Positions 26,955 through 39,463 of a stretch of DNA of 64,000 bases are shown in pieces. Positions within the stretch are counted from its first letter, which is position 1; every line of letters begins with the position of its first letter. The stretch is taken from assembly GCA_951406725.2 (NCBI GenBank), contig OX597832.1, forward strand, positions 21,204,001-21,268,000, read 5' to 3'. The translations under genes and the position numbers were made by a program. The notes beneath the pieces were generated by a model that was not told the DNA's origin, ran no database searches, and was given only the letters and a program-made list of their open reading frames with translations. The DNA comes from Octopus vulgaris. Taxonomy: Eukaryota.

Positions 26955-28660
26955 TTTTATTTGTTTCAGTCATTTGACTGCGGCCATGCTGGAGCCCCGC
27001 ATTTAGTCGAACAAATAAATCGAGCCCAGGACTTATTCTTTGTGAGCCTAGTACTTATTCCATCGGTCTCTTTCTGTCGAACCGCTATATTTCGGGAACG
27101 TAAACACACCAACTACGGTTGTTAATTGATGGTGAGGGGACAAACACAGACACACACATATATATATTTTTTTTTTTTTACATATATACGACGGGCTTCT
27201 TTCAGTTTCCGCTAACAAAATCCATTCACAAGGCTTTGGTCAGCCCGAGACTATAGTAGAAGACACCTGCCAAGGTGTCGCACAGTGGGACTGAACCCGT
27301 AACCATGTGGTTGGGAAGCAAGCAACTTACCACACACCCAATCCTGCGCCTGTTTATTTTCTATCTTTTACTTGTTTCAGTCATTAAACTGCGGCCGAAC
27401 TGGGGCACCGCCTTGAAGAATTTTAGTCGAGTTTTTACTTTACATTTTCTTAGGTCTGATATTTATTTCATCCAACTTTTTTTGCCATGACGTTCAGTAA
27501 CGAGGGACCTAAACACACCAACACCGGTCCTCAAGCGGTGTTGACGGACAAACACAAATATAAAATTCCACACTGCGGCGGTCTTCTTACGAATCCATTT
27601 ACAAGACATTGGTCAGTACAAGGCTATAGCTTAAGAAACTTGCCTAAGATGTCACACTGTGGGATTGAAGCCCGGATGCTCGTGCTTAGGAAGCAAGCAT
27701 CTTACCACACAGCCACGCCCGCGTATTTATTGTAACTACTAATAATTTAGACCTGATCCGAATATAAGACTTAGAGAAAATACAAACAAGTGTGTATTGA
27801 GAATACGTGTGTATGTATGTATATATATATATGAATTTTATATATATATATATATATATACTCTTTTACTCTGTTACTTGTTTCAGTCATTTGACTGCGG
27901 CCATGCTGGAGCACCGCCTTTAGTCGAGCAAATCGACCCCGGGACTTATTCTTTGTAAGCCCAGTACTTATTCTATCGGTCTCTTTTGCCGAACCGCTAA
28001 GTAACGGGGACGTAAACACACCAGCATCGGTTGTCAAGCAATGCTAAGGGGACAAACACAGACACACAAACACACACATACATATACATATATATACATA
28101 TATACGACAGGCTTCTTTCAGTTTCCGTCTACCAAATCCACTCACAAGACTTTGGTCGGCCCGAGGCTATAGTAGAAGACACTTGCCCAAGGTGCCACGC
28201 AATGGGACTGAACCCGGAACCATGCGGTTGGTAAACAAGCGACTTACCACACAGCCACATATATAACTCTTTAAATTGTTTCAGTCATATGACTGCGGCC
28301 ATGCTGGAGCACCGCATTTAGTCGAGCAAATCGACCCCAGGACTTATTCTTTGTAAGCCTAGTACTTATTCTATCGGTCTCTGTTGCCGAACCGCTAAGT
28401 GATGGAGACGTAAACACACCAGCAGCGGTTGTCAAGCGATGTTGGGGGAGACAAACACAGTCACACACACACGTATATATACATATACATATATGCGACG
28501 GGCTTCTTTCAGTTTCCGTCTACCAAATCCAATCAGAAGGCTTTGGTCGGCCTGAGGCTATAGTAGATGACACTTGCACAAGGTGCCACGCAGTGGGACT
28601 GAACCCGGAACCATGTGGTTGGTAAGCAAGCTACTTACCACACAGCCACTCCTGCACCTA
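26955..28660 (-). mobile_element. Four consecutive SINE-A copies (about 26955-27350, 27365-27722, 27862-28258, 28277-28660)
   Basis: Each begins TGTTTCAGTCAT on + and ends near CTTACCACACA(G/C)CCA. Confidence 0.9.
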
Positions 28661-28661
28661 G

Positions 28662-28710
28662 AAAATATGGCACGCTTCAGGAATTTGCGTGTCATCCCTG
28701 CGGAGGGGCC

Positions 28711-28748
<38 letters not shown>
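28662..28748 (-). pseudogene. U6: U6 snRNA retrocopy, 5' truncated (lacks about the first 19 nt)
   Basis: Reverse strand ATATACTAAAATTGGAACGATACAGAGAAGATTAGCATGGCCCCTCCGCAGGGATGACACGCAAATTCCTGAAGCGTGCCATATTTT: 4 differences in 87 nt from vertebrate U6 as I recall it. ACAGAGA box intact. No 5' stem or upstream promoter; (CA)n lies upstream. Confidence 0.95.
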
Positions 28749-28759
28749 CCAATTTTAGG

Positions 28760-28797
<38 letters not shown>

Positions 28798-28919
28798 ACA
28801 TGCACACACGCACGCGCACAAACATACGGGTACACTTATGTATACGTTTATGTTTGTACGCCTATGTGTATGTAAGAATGCATAGAATACTGAAAGCAGC
28901 GAGTTCAATAGAATTTATG

Positions 28920-29077
28920 TAGGTGTGGCTGTGTGGTAAGTAGCTTGCTTACCAACCACATGGTCCCGGGGTTATTCCCACAGCGTGGTACCTTGAGCAA
29001 GTGTCTTCTACTTTAGCCTTGTGACGACCAAAGATATGAGAGTGGATCTTGTAGACGGAAACTGAAAGAAGCCCGTC

Positions 29078-29126
<49 letters not shown>

Positions 29127-29399
29127 CGTGTATGTGTGTGTATGTTTGTGTGTGTGTTTATCCTCCCACCATCGCTTGACAACCGATGTTGGTGTTTTTA
29201 ACTTAGCGGTTCGGCAAATGCGACCGATAGAATAAGTACTAGGCTTACAAAGAATAGGTGCAGCATGGCGGCAGTCAAAATGAATGAAACAAATAAAAGA
29301 ATAAAGGAATAAAAGAATGCATAAATACCTTCATGTATATGTACATGTGCGTGCGTGTGTGTCTATGCGTTGGTATGCGTGCGTATGTTTGTGAGCCTC

Positions 29400-29464
<65 letters not shown>

Positions 29465-30562
29465 GCACCAGGTGCACGCGCATAAGCAAGGCCACACGCA
29501 TATTTGTGTGTGTGTTACTTTTTCTTTGCAGTGTTCAAGCCCGTCACTAAAAAGGGCGATGAGGCCCTTATATAACTCAGACAGTACAAGGGTTTTTGGC
29601 CCTTAAAATTGAGTGCATATATGTGTGTGAATGGGTGTAGGGGGAAGTTGAGTTTGTCAGGGGCGGGGATTGGAAGGTTGCTACCCAGGCATATGGTTCC
29701 GGGTTCAGTCCACTGCGTGGTACCTTGGACACACTAGCGTAGCTAGATTGTGTTGCCGCCCGGGGCGGCCCTTCTCTGGATCCCACAAAAAACCGATACT
29801 GCCAACAGCAGAGCGAAAAGTGGTGCTCATTCATAAGTGCCACCCGGGACGAACCGCATCTTCGCCCTACCCCAATCCAGCTACGCTAGTGCTTGGACAA
29901 ATGTGTATGTGTGTGTGTGTGTGCATAAACACATACTTTATATATATATATATATATATATGTCTGTGGGGGGGTGTATGTATCTTTGTGTCTGTGTTTG
30001 TTCCTCCACTACCGCTTGACAACAGGTTTTTATGTGTTTACGTGTCCGTAACCTAGCAGTTGGGCAAAATTGACCAATAGAATCAGTACCAGGCTAAAAA
30101 AAAAGTGCTGAGGTTGATTCCTTTGACAACATTTCTTCAAGGCAGTGCCCCAGCATGGCCGCAGTCTAATGACTGAAACAAGTAAAAGAATAAAAAAAAA
30201 GTGGGTGAGAGGAGGAGTTGAACCCAGGAACCTGAAATGGAAAACCCTAGAATGTTTCATAAATTTTCGCTTTAACTCCAACGGATTGAATTCGGTGAGT
30301 ATATATAGGTATGTGTATATGAATTTATGCCGGTGTTCATATATGTGACTGTGTGGTAAGTAGCTTGCTTCCCAACCTCAAGGTTCCAAGTTCAGTCCCA
30401 CTGCGTGGCACTTTGGGCAACTTCCTTCTCCTATAACCTCGGGCCGACCAAAATCTTGAGAGTGGATTTGGTGGACGAAAACTGAAGGAGGCCCATCGTA
30501 TATATATATATATATATATATATAATGTGTGTGTGTGTGTGTGTGTGTTTATATATATATAT

Positions 30563-30640
<78 letters not shown>

Positions 30641-31545
30641 GTGTGTGTGCTCACCATCGCCTGACAACTGATTTTGGTGCGTTTACGTACCAGTAACTTA
30701 GTGGTTCGGCAAAAAAGAGACCGATAGAATAAGTACTAGGCTTACAACGATTAAGTCCCGGGGTCGATTTGTTCGACTAAGTGCGGTGCTCCAGCATGGC
30801 CGCAGTCAAATGACTGAAACAAATAACAGATCAAAAGAGCATAAATGTCTGTGTGTATGCACATGGATGCATGAAGGAATTGTGCATGCATTCGTGCATG
30901 CGTGCATGATGTGAGAAGTGTGGTTCCAAACCGCATGGTTCCACGTTCAGTCCCGCTGCGTGGTACCTTGGGCAAGTGTCTTCTACTATAGCCTCGGGTC
31001 GACCAAAGCCTTGTGAGTGGATTTGGTAGACGGAAAGTGAAAGAAGCGGTAGACGGAAACTGAAAGCGGCGAGCTGGCAGAAACGTTAGCACGCCGGGCG
31101 AAATGCTTAGCGCTATTTCGTCTGTCGTTACGTTCTGAGTTCAAATTCCGCCAAGGTCGAATTTGCTTTTCATCCTTTCGGGGTCGATAAATTAAGTACC
31201 AGTTACGCACTGGAGTTGATGTAATCGACTTAATCCCTTTGTCTGTCCTTGTCTGTCCTCTTTGTGTTTAGCCCCTTGTGGGTAGTAAAGAAAATATATA
31301 TATATATATATACATATGTGTGTGTGTGTGTTTTTGTGTCGTGTTTATGTTTCTCGCCCTCCACCGCTCTACAGCCTGTGTTGGTTTGTTTACGTCCCAG
31401 TAACTGTAGCAGTGCGACAAACAGAGAGTGATAAAATAAGTACTTGACATTAAAAAATAAAAAATGTTCTGGGGTATCTTCATTCGACAAAGCGTTTTCA
31501 AGCTGGCGCCCCAGCATGGCCGCAGTAAAATGAATAAAAAACGAA
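28920..31545 (+). mobile_element. Four consecutive SINE-A copies (about 28920-29315, 29675-30195, 30345-30830, 30910-31545); the last contains a nested SINE-B at 31064-31293
   Basis: SINE-A head, body and tail blocks on +. Confidence 0.88.
29732..29891. mobile_element. 160-bp hAT-type MITE inserted in SINE-A
   Basis: 19-bp TIRs CACTAGCGTAGCTAGATTG / CAATCCAGCTACGCTAGTG (1 mismatch); perfect 8-bp TSD CTTGGACA at 29724-29731 and 29892-29899. Confidence 0.92.
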
Positions 31546-31550
31546 AACTA

Positions 31551-32062
31551 TACTTGATGGATGCTGCAAAGTTCCTGCATTCGGTTAACAGGAAATACAG
31601 GAGGTTCACTGAATTATATGATTTTATTGCTCTCAGAGTCACACCCTAATTGCAGTGGTCCTTCAGTTTTTCTAAGTCCTGTAAAAAAATTTGGAAGGTT
31701 TAGCCTCCAACCAGGTCTTTCGAAATCGATCCCCTTAAAGCAAGGAACTTCTTTGCACTCCTCCTATATATATGTGTGTGTGTGTGTGTGTGAGTGGTTG
31801 GTGTATTTCTGTATGGGTGTGTGTATTTGTGTGTATACGAGGTGGTGCTAAAGAGTCGCTGGCTCTGGGTAAAAGGAAATCCAGAAGGATCAGTTAATTA
31901 TGATTTTATTAAACATATTCCCCTCTCAGATTCATACACTTATTGCAGCGGGCCCTTCAGATTTTCTAAGCCCTGTAAAAGAGATCTCGGATCGTTCTAG
32001 CTCCAACCAGGTCTTTCAAAATCGATACCCTTAAAGCCAGGAACTTCTTTGCACCCCTCGTG

Positions 32063-32094
<32 letters not shown>

Positions 32095-32370
32095 CGTATC
32101 CATATATATGAGGGTGTATGTGTATGTGCATGTGTGTGTGTATGTGCATAGGAGCTGGTGCTACAAAATTACTGGCTTTGGATAAAAGAAAATACAAGAG
32201 GATCAGTTAATGATGATTTTATTAAACATATTCCCTTCTCATATTCACTCACTTAATACAGCGGGCCCTTAGTTTTTCTAAGCCCGGTAAAAGAGCCTGG
32301 AGGGCCGGGTCTCCAACAAGCCCTTTCGCGACAGCCTTAAAGCCAGGATCCTTTCAGCAGCCCTTCGCAT
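31551..32370 (-). mobile_element. Three tandem mariner-derived MITEs of about 220 bp (31551-31765, 31836-32062, 32148-32370)
   Basis: TIR-like TACGAGG.GGTGC.AA.AGT..CTGGCT / AGCCAGGAACTTCTTTGCACCCCTCG. The interior reverse strand encodes RCNKCMNLRGEYV*, like the mariner C-terminal RWxKCxxxxGxY motif. Confidence 0.8.
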
Positions 32371-32847
32371 ATACGAAGGTATATTTGCATACATGTATGT
32401 ATGCATCTAAGTATGTATGAATTTATACATGAATGTATATATGTATGTACGAAAAAGTGTATGTTTGTATGTATTTATATAAGCAGGAGTGATATACGCA
32501 TATAAGTATGTATATGTGTATGTATCTATGAATACATGTATGAATGCCTCCATGTGTAAACAGTAACATCGAAACATAAGAGCAATAGGCGCTTTCATGC
32601 TTCTTATATAATTTCATTTTGATAGTCTGGTTAGATATAGCTCCATAGAGTGTGGATTATGTAGAATGAAAATAACACACGCACACAAACACTCATACAG
32701 ACACACACACACACACAGACAGACAGACAAATACAGACACATACACACACACACATAAGGAGAGATACACACAGACACATGCAGTTTTCAAACTTGGATT
32801 GCTTGTGTGTGCGTGCGTGTACGCACGTGCACGCGAAGGTATATGCA

Positions 32848-32907
<60 letters not shown>

Positions 32908-33560
32908 TAGACAGACAGATAGATAGACAGACAGACAGATTGACAGATAGAGAGACAGACAGATAGATACTTAGACAGATAGATAGATAGATAGACAGAC
33001 AGATAGATAGACAGATATGTGTGCGCACACACATACATACATATACATGTATATTTATAGAAGCAGATATATATATCGAAGCTTCAAATAAACGCATCAA
33101 TATATGTATACAAATGCACGCAGTTACGGACACATGCACGCGCGCTCACGCTCATGTACGAACAGAAACAACCAGCGATATTATACATAGAACAGTACAG
33201 GGATCGAACTTCTACAGCACAGGGTGCAGGACACACACACACACACACAGACACACACACACACAGACACCCAAAGTACATATGCGCCTGAATGGACACT
33301 CGTCAATATATACAGATCTAAATAAAACAACTTAATTATTGAATACGTAAGTCAATGTTTAACAGTGCGTGTATATAGAGAGAGGCATATATATTGTGTG
33401 TATTGATATATATATATATACACATAATTTTCCCGTAAATTCGAAATAATCCACGTTGATATATCTGTAAACACATAACTTTACCGTTATGCGTGTGTGT
33501 GTGTGTGTTTCCATTTATGTTTAACAAACAACATTATGAAGAATATTTATACACATATAT

Positions 33561-33618
<58 letters not shown>

Positions 33619-33772
33619 TCACCCGCATACTTGAGCACATGCAATTTTTTGAACGTTTATATAAGGAAAACATAAAAAATAGAATATTTTCAATCATTTA
33701 AATACAATTATATGACTTCCACAACATATATATATATATATACATATGTATGTGTGCCTGTATGCGCGCGTG

Positions 33773-33805
<33 letters not shown>

Positions 33806-33851
33806 TTATGTTACATATATACAAATGAAGAAATACCTGAAAAATACCTGA

Positions 33852-33898
<47 letters not shown>

Positions 33899-33929
33899 GA
33901 GAGAGAAGAAGGATAGATAGACAGAATGA

Positions 33930-33931
33930 GC

Positions 33932-33986
<55 letters not shown>

Positions 33987-34010
33987 CGATAGATAGATAG
34001 ATAGATAGAT

Positions 34011-34055
<45 letters not shown>

Positions 34056-34056
34056 G

Positions 34057-34123
<67 letters not shown>

Positions 34124-34154
34124 GTAGATAGATCGATAGATAGATAGATAGATA
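33930..34154. repeat. (GATA)n microsatellite
   Basis: Direct reading. Confidence 0.95.
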
Positions 34155-35067
34155 ATTACATGTGAAATACAGTTTATATTTTAGGTGGTGAACTGAACCC
34201 CCAAACGCATGTCCGTGTATCCGCGTGTATAGTTGGGCACGTGCGTGTGCGTGTACGTTTTCAGGTGTGTTTGTGAGTGTGTATATGTGAGCGAAAACGT
34301 GTAGGGGTTAGTTAAGATTAGCGCATAAAAGAATATATATATATTCACTTACCTTATCGAAGTTGTTGGTTATATTTTTATGTATATTTAACATAGTCCA
34401 AAATACAGGTACTCCGATAAATCCACGAAAAGAATTTGCAATTATAAAACGATGGTAACAACAATAATATATGAGAATGCACATATTATTATTTACACAG
34501 GTAGGTAATAACCTTAAATTGATCCTTTAACCGTGATGGAAATCATTTAATAGCCGTTCCGTAAATGTATCCAACAGTGATAAGTGAAGCGTCGTCGAGG
34601 TTAAGATATCCGCCCAAGAAAAATTTTGTAAACAGAAATATAAACGTCGCGCTGTATGAGAGAGAAAGCATGGGCCGGTCGTGAGATCTTCGTATGAAGC
34701 ACGGTTGGGAGAAAGGGGTACGGAGGGTGAGGGACGAGTTGTAAGTGAGGGGAGGTGGGTGGGTGGCGATTTGTGGGGTTAAGGGTCGGGGTGTGTCTGG
34801 AGGGCTTGTGTGCATTTGTATTTGTGTTTGTGTGTGTGTCGGATTGTATCTGTGTGTTAGGGTACATGTGTTTGTATGTATGCACGTACGCATGTATGTG
34901 CATATATATATATGTGCATATGTGTGTCTATATACATACATGTGTATGTGTGTGTGCCTGTATGCATATATGTATAAAATATAGATAGATAAGTAGATAG
35001 ATAGATAGATGGATAGATATGTATACAGCAATTACGATGTATCTATGAATGAATGGATGGGTGTGTG

Positions 35068-35128
<61 letters not shown>

Positions 35129-35502
35129 GTGTGTATGTATGTATGTATGTGTGTATATATATATCGGTTTCCGTGCGCGTCTACATGTGTGTGTATGTAT
35201 TCGCATGCATATACCTATACCTCAACGAGTGTGCGTGTATGTGTGCATATGTGTGTGTGTGCATGTGTGTGTGTATGTGTGTGCATGTGTGTGTGTGTGT
35301 GTGTGCATGTGTGTGTCTATCTACACTACATACACAGAACTACACACAACGTGTGCCACAGAAAAATACTTCCTGATCTTTCACATGTGTCTTGCGAGAC
35401 TCGTACGGAGGAAAAACCCAAGTCCAGCCTCTCTCTCCCCCTCTCTCTCCCTCCCTCCCTCTTTCTCTCTCCCTCCCTCCCTCTCTCCCTCTCTCCCCCT
35501 CT

Positions 35503-35548
<46 letters not shown>

Positions 35549-35847
35549 ATCCATATTTTACTCAATCAATCAGTGTTATTTTAATGTCGGCGGATCTGCC
35601 GTAAATTCTCTTGTTTCCCCCCCCCACACACACCCACCCACCTCATTTATTTCTCCCTCTTCCGCTCACTCTATCTTCCTCCATCTTCTTCTTCTTCTTC
35701 TTCTTCTTCTTCTTTTTCTTCTTCTTCTCTCTCTCTCCCTCTCTCTCTCTCTCATTATTCAAGTGTCACTCTTTCTCTCATTCTCATGGACTCGCTCTTC
35801 CTTTCTCTCACCCTATCTTTCATTCATTCATTCATTCTTTCTTTCTT

Positions 35848-35887
<40 letters not shown>

Positions 35888-36083
35888 GCACACTCTGCCA
35901 TACACACACACACACACACTATTACCACCTCTCTGCCTCTCTTCCGCTTTCTCTCTCTTTCAAACACACACTGTTACCTCCGTTCTCTCTTTTACACACA
36001 CATACACACACACACACACACCCATATTACCTCTCCTCTCTCTCTCTCTCTCTCTCTCACTCTCTCTCTCTTTCTCTTTCTTT

Positions 36084-36129
<46 letters not shown>

Positions 36130-36446
36130 CACAGGCACACACTAGCATCCACTGCTTCTCGAACACACACACACATACAAATCACTCACAATGTATACAT
36201 ATGTGTCTGTGTGTGCGCATATGCATGCGTATCTATGTCTACTCTTTGTCTGTGTGTGTGTCTGTGTGTGCATGCGAGTCCGTATTTTCCTCTCCGTTTC
36301 CAGCTGTATTCTTCGTTCAATCTCTCCTCTACTTTTCTGACCATTTTCCCTTTCTCTCCTTACGCCTCCTGATATTAATCCTTTCACCTAATTGTCCATC
36401 CATCTGTCTATCCATCTGTCTATCTATCCATCCATCTATCTATCTG

Positions 36447-36606
36447 TCGTTACGCTCCGAGTTCAAATTCCGCCGAGGTCGACTTTGCCTTTCATCCTTT
36501 CGAGGTCGATAAATTAAGTACCAGTTACGCACTGGGGTCGAGGTAATCGACTTAATCCCTTTGTCTGTCCTTGTTTGTCCCCTCTGTGTTTAGCCCCTTA
36601 GTAAAG

Positions 36607-36610
<4 letters not shown>
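36447..36610 (+). mobile_element. SINE-B, 5' truncated, running into (TA)n
   Basis: B core and young tail ending GTAAAGAAATATATA. Confidence 0.9.
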
Positions 36611-36660
<50 letters not shown>

Positions 36661-36733
36661 ATCTATATATATATATATATATCGGTCTATCTATCCATCT
36701 ATCTATCTACCATCTATCTATCTATCAATCTAC

Positions 36734-36786
<53 letters not shown>

Positions 36787-36974
36787 AATCGATCGATCGA
36801 TCTATCTATCTATCATTCAAAGCATCATCTCTGTACTCTACATTGTATGTCAGTAATATTTTTCCCCCGGATCTTTCAACTGCACACACATACACACAAA
36901 CACACATACAAATATATACTTGATGCATATCTAACGACATTTGTATCTATCCGTGTAGTGTACAAGTATACATC

Positions 36975-37272
36975 GCTAACCGTGATAACCGTGATCAACC
37001 AGGCTATCAGATGTTGCTACACATCGCTGGCCACAATGTGCTTTGCATTGTTTTAGCCTTCAAATGACGCCACGTCGCTAAGCGAGCAGGCCAACAGAAG
37101 TAAGAGTGAGAGAAAGTTGTGGCAAAAGAGTACAGCAGGGATCGCCACCACTCCCTGCCGGTGCTTCGTGGAGCTTTAGATGTTTTCGCTCAATAAGCAC
37201 TCACAACGCCCGGTCTGGGAATGCTATGAACGTGAGTCCGCTGCCCTAACCACTGGGGCATTGCGCCTCCAC
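36975..37272 (-). mobile_element. SINE-C with the tail type seen at 56484-56800
   Basis: Reverse complement of the 56484-56800 copy with deletions. Confidence 0.85.
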
Positions 37273-37277
37273 ACACA

Positions 37278-37346
<69 letters not shown>

Positions 37347-37351
37347 ACACA

Positions 37352-38270
37352 CAGGAGTTGGACTCAATCTACAGATGGGCTGAGGATAATAATATGCAGT
37401 TTAATGCTGAAAAATTCCAGGCCCTGCGCTACCAGCATCCAAAACTGAACATTAAACTTCAGGATACACCGGTCCACAGGGAATTTCAATCCCAGAGCCT
37501 AAGTCTGTGAGGGACCTGGGTATCGACATGAGTGATGATATCTCTTTCCAAGTGCACATTACCAAGATGGCGACAAAGTGCAGACGACTGGCTGGGTGGA
37601 TCCTAAGAACATTCAGAACCAGAGATAAAGAAACCATGATGGTCCTCTGGCGGACATTCGTCCTCAGCCGCCTGGATTACTGCTCACAGCTATGGTCACC
37701 CACCAGTGTAAAATTAACAGCGGACCTTGAAGCAATCCAGAGAAGATTCACAAAGAAGGTCGTCTCTTTGCAACAGCTCAGCTACTTGGAATGGTTGAAA
37801 CAGCTAAGACTCTACTCCCTGGAGAGAAGACGGGAGAGGTATGCAGTAATATATGTCTGGAAGATCCTGGAAAGAATTGTGCCAAATTTTGGCATTGTAA
37901 GCTACACCAATGCTAGAACGGGACGACACTGCATAGTGCCAAAGATCCCAGCAATGCCATCACGCTTCAGGACCAGCTTCTGCAACAGTCTGGGTTTCAA
38001 GGGCCCACAGCTTTTTAATATTCTCTCAAAGAGTCTGAGAAACTTGCAGAAAGTAGGTGCAGCGGTTTTTAAATCAAAGCTGGACATCTTCTTGTCAAGA
38101 GTCCCAGATGAACCTATCTCACGGCAAGAGGTGCAAATGAGAGTAACTATATCAAACTCCATTCTTCACCAAGTGCCACATATTAGACGAGGTTCGTCGT
38201 AATAAAATTGTAGCACAAAACGGCGGTGCATCAGCATGGCCGCAGCTCTGAGCTGAAACTAGAAAAAAAA
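37352..38270 (+). mobile_element. CR1-like LINE ORF2 3' fragment (RT C-terminal region; 231-aa open frame 37507-38202) with intact 3' tail
   Basis: W..NNMQFNAEKFQ..., VRDLGI..S.D.SF..HI, ILRTF..RD, FVLSRLDYCSQLWSP, LEAIQRRFTK, LRLYSLERRRER, FKSKLDIFL. One in-frame stop upstream at about 37381. Confidence 0.92.
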
Positions 38271-38281
38271 TATGTATATAT

Positions 38282-38315
<34 letters not shown>

Positions 38316-38328
38316 GTGTATATATATG

Positions 38329-38378
<50 letters not shown>

Positions 38379-38392
38379 ATATATATATATAC

Positions 38393-38484
<92 letters not shown>

Positions 38485-38510
38485 ACACAGACACAAACAA
38501 ATAGATAGAT

Positions 38511-38910
38511 AGGCGCAGGAGTGGCTGTGTGGTAAGTAGCTTGCTTACCAACCACATGGTTCCGGGTTCAGTCCCACTGCGTGGCACCTTGGGCAAGTGT
38601 CTTCTACTATAGCCTCGGGCCGACCAAAGCCTTGAGTGGATTTGGTAGACGGAAACTGAAAGAAGCCCGACGTATATATATATATATATGTGTGTGTGTT
38701 TGTGTGTCGGTGTTTGTCCCCCCAACATCGCTTGACAATCGATGCTGGTGTGTTTACGTCCCCTTAATTTAGCGATTCGGCAAAAGAGACCGATAGAATA
38801 AGTACTAGGCTTACAAAGAATAAGTCTTGGGGGGCGATTTCCTCGACTAAAGGCGGTGCTCCAGCATGGCCACAGCCAAATGACTGAAAGAAGTAAAAGA
38901 GTAAAGAGTA
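38511..38910 (+). mobile_element. SINE-A full length (best reference copy)
   Basis: AGGCGCAGGAGTGGCTGTGTGGTAAG...GGTTCAGTCCC...tail GTAAAAGAGTAAAGAG. Confidence 0.92.
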
Positions 38911-38953
38911 ATATATATATTTAAATACAAATATATATATATATATATACAAT

Positions 38954-39049
<96 letters not shown>

Positions 39050-39262
39050 TTATATATATATATATAATATATATATATATATATACAAATTGTTGAATAT
39101 TTTCGAACTGTTGAACATTGTCGAACTTTGAAACTTTGAAAATTTCATTGCTTTTCCTCGATGACGGGAGGAAGTAATTGTTAGTGTGAAGCCATTTTTG
39201 AAGCCGTGAACTGTTGAAAATATTGAACTTATTAAAGCCGTTGTAGGCTTTATTGTGGGGGA

Positions 39263-39463
39263 GATTTGAACTGTTGTCCTCGTTGTGAGGGAAAAAAATA
39301 TAGGTTTCCCGTTTTTGGAATACTGTATTTTTATTACTGTGTGAAATTTAGAACGTTGTAAACTTTGTTGTTACGTCTGGCCCCCCAGCGGGGCTGGGAT
39401 TTGAACTGTTGTCCTCGTTGAGAGAAAAAAATAGTAAAAAAATTATAGGTTTCCCATTTTCTG
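39263..39463 (+). repeat. About 55-bp direct repeat pair (39263-39318, 39398-39463)
   Basis: GATTTGAACTGTTGTCCTCGTTG.GAG.GAAAAAAATA...TAGGTTTCCC.TTTT occurs twice. Confidence 0.75.

Noticed and set aside
28662-28748. Functional U6 gene
   Set aside because: Missing the 5' stem-loop, no upstream PSE/TATA (flank is (CA)n), and substitutions at conserved positions.
35049-36512. Longest ORF in the track (487 aa)
   Set aside because: Translation of TG/CT/CA microsatellites ending in a SINE-B fragment, with no protein-like composition. The same applies to the other [16 protein letters not shown] and poly-Y/I/L/K ORFs.
37507-38202. 231-aa ORF as a host gene
   Set aside because: It is the C-terminal part of a CR1-like LINE ORF2, 5' truncated with an upstream stop. 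Other decayed copies exist in the window.
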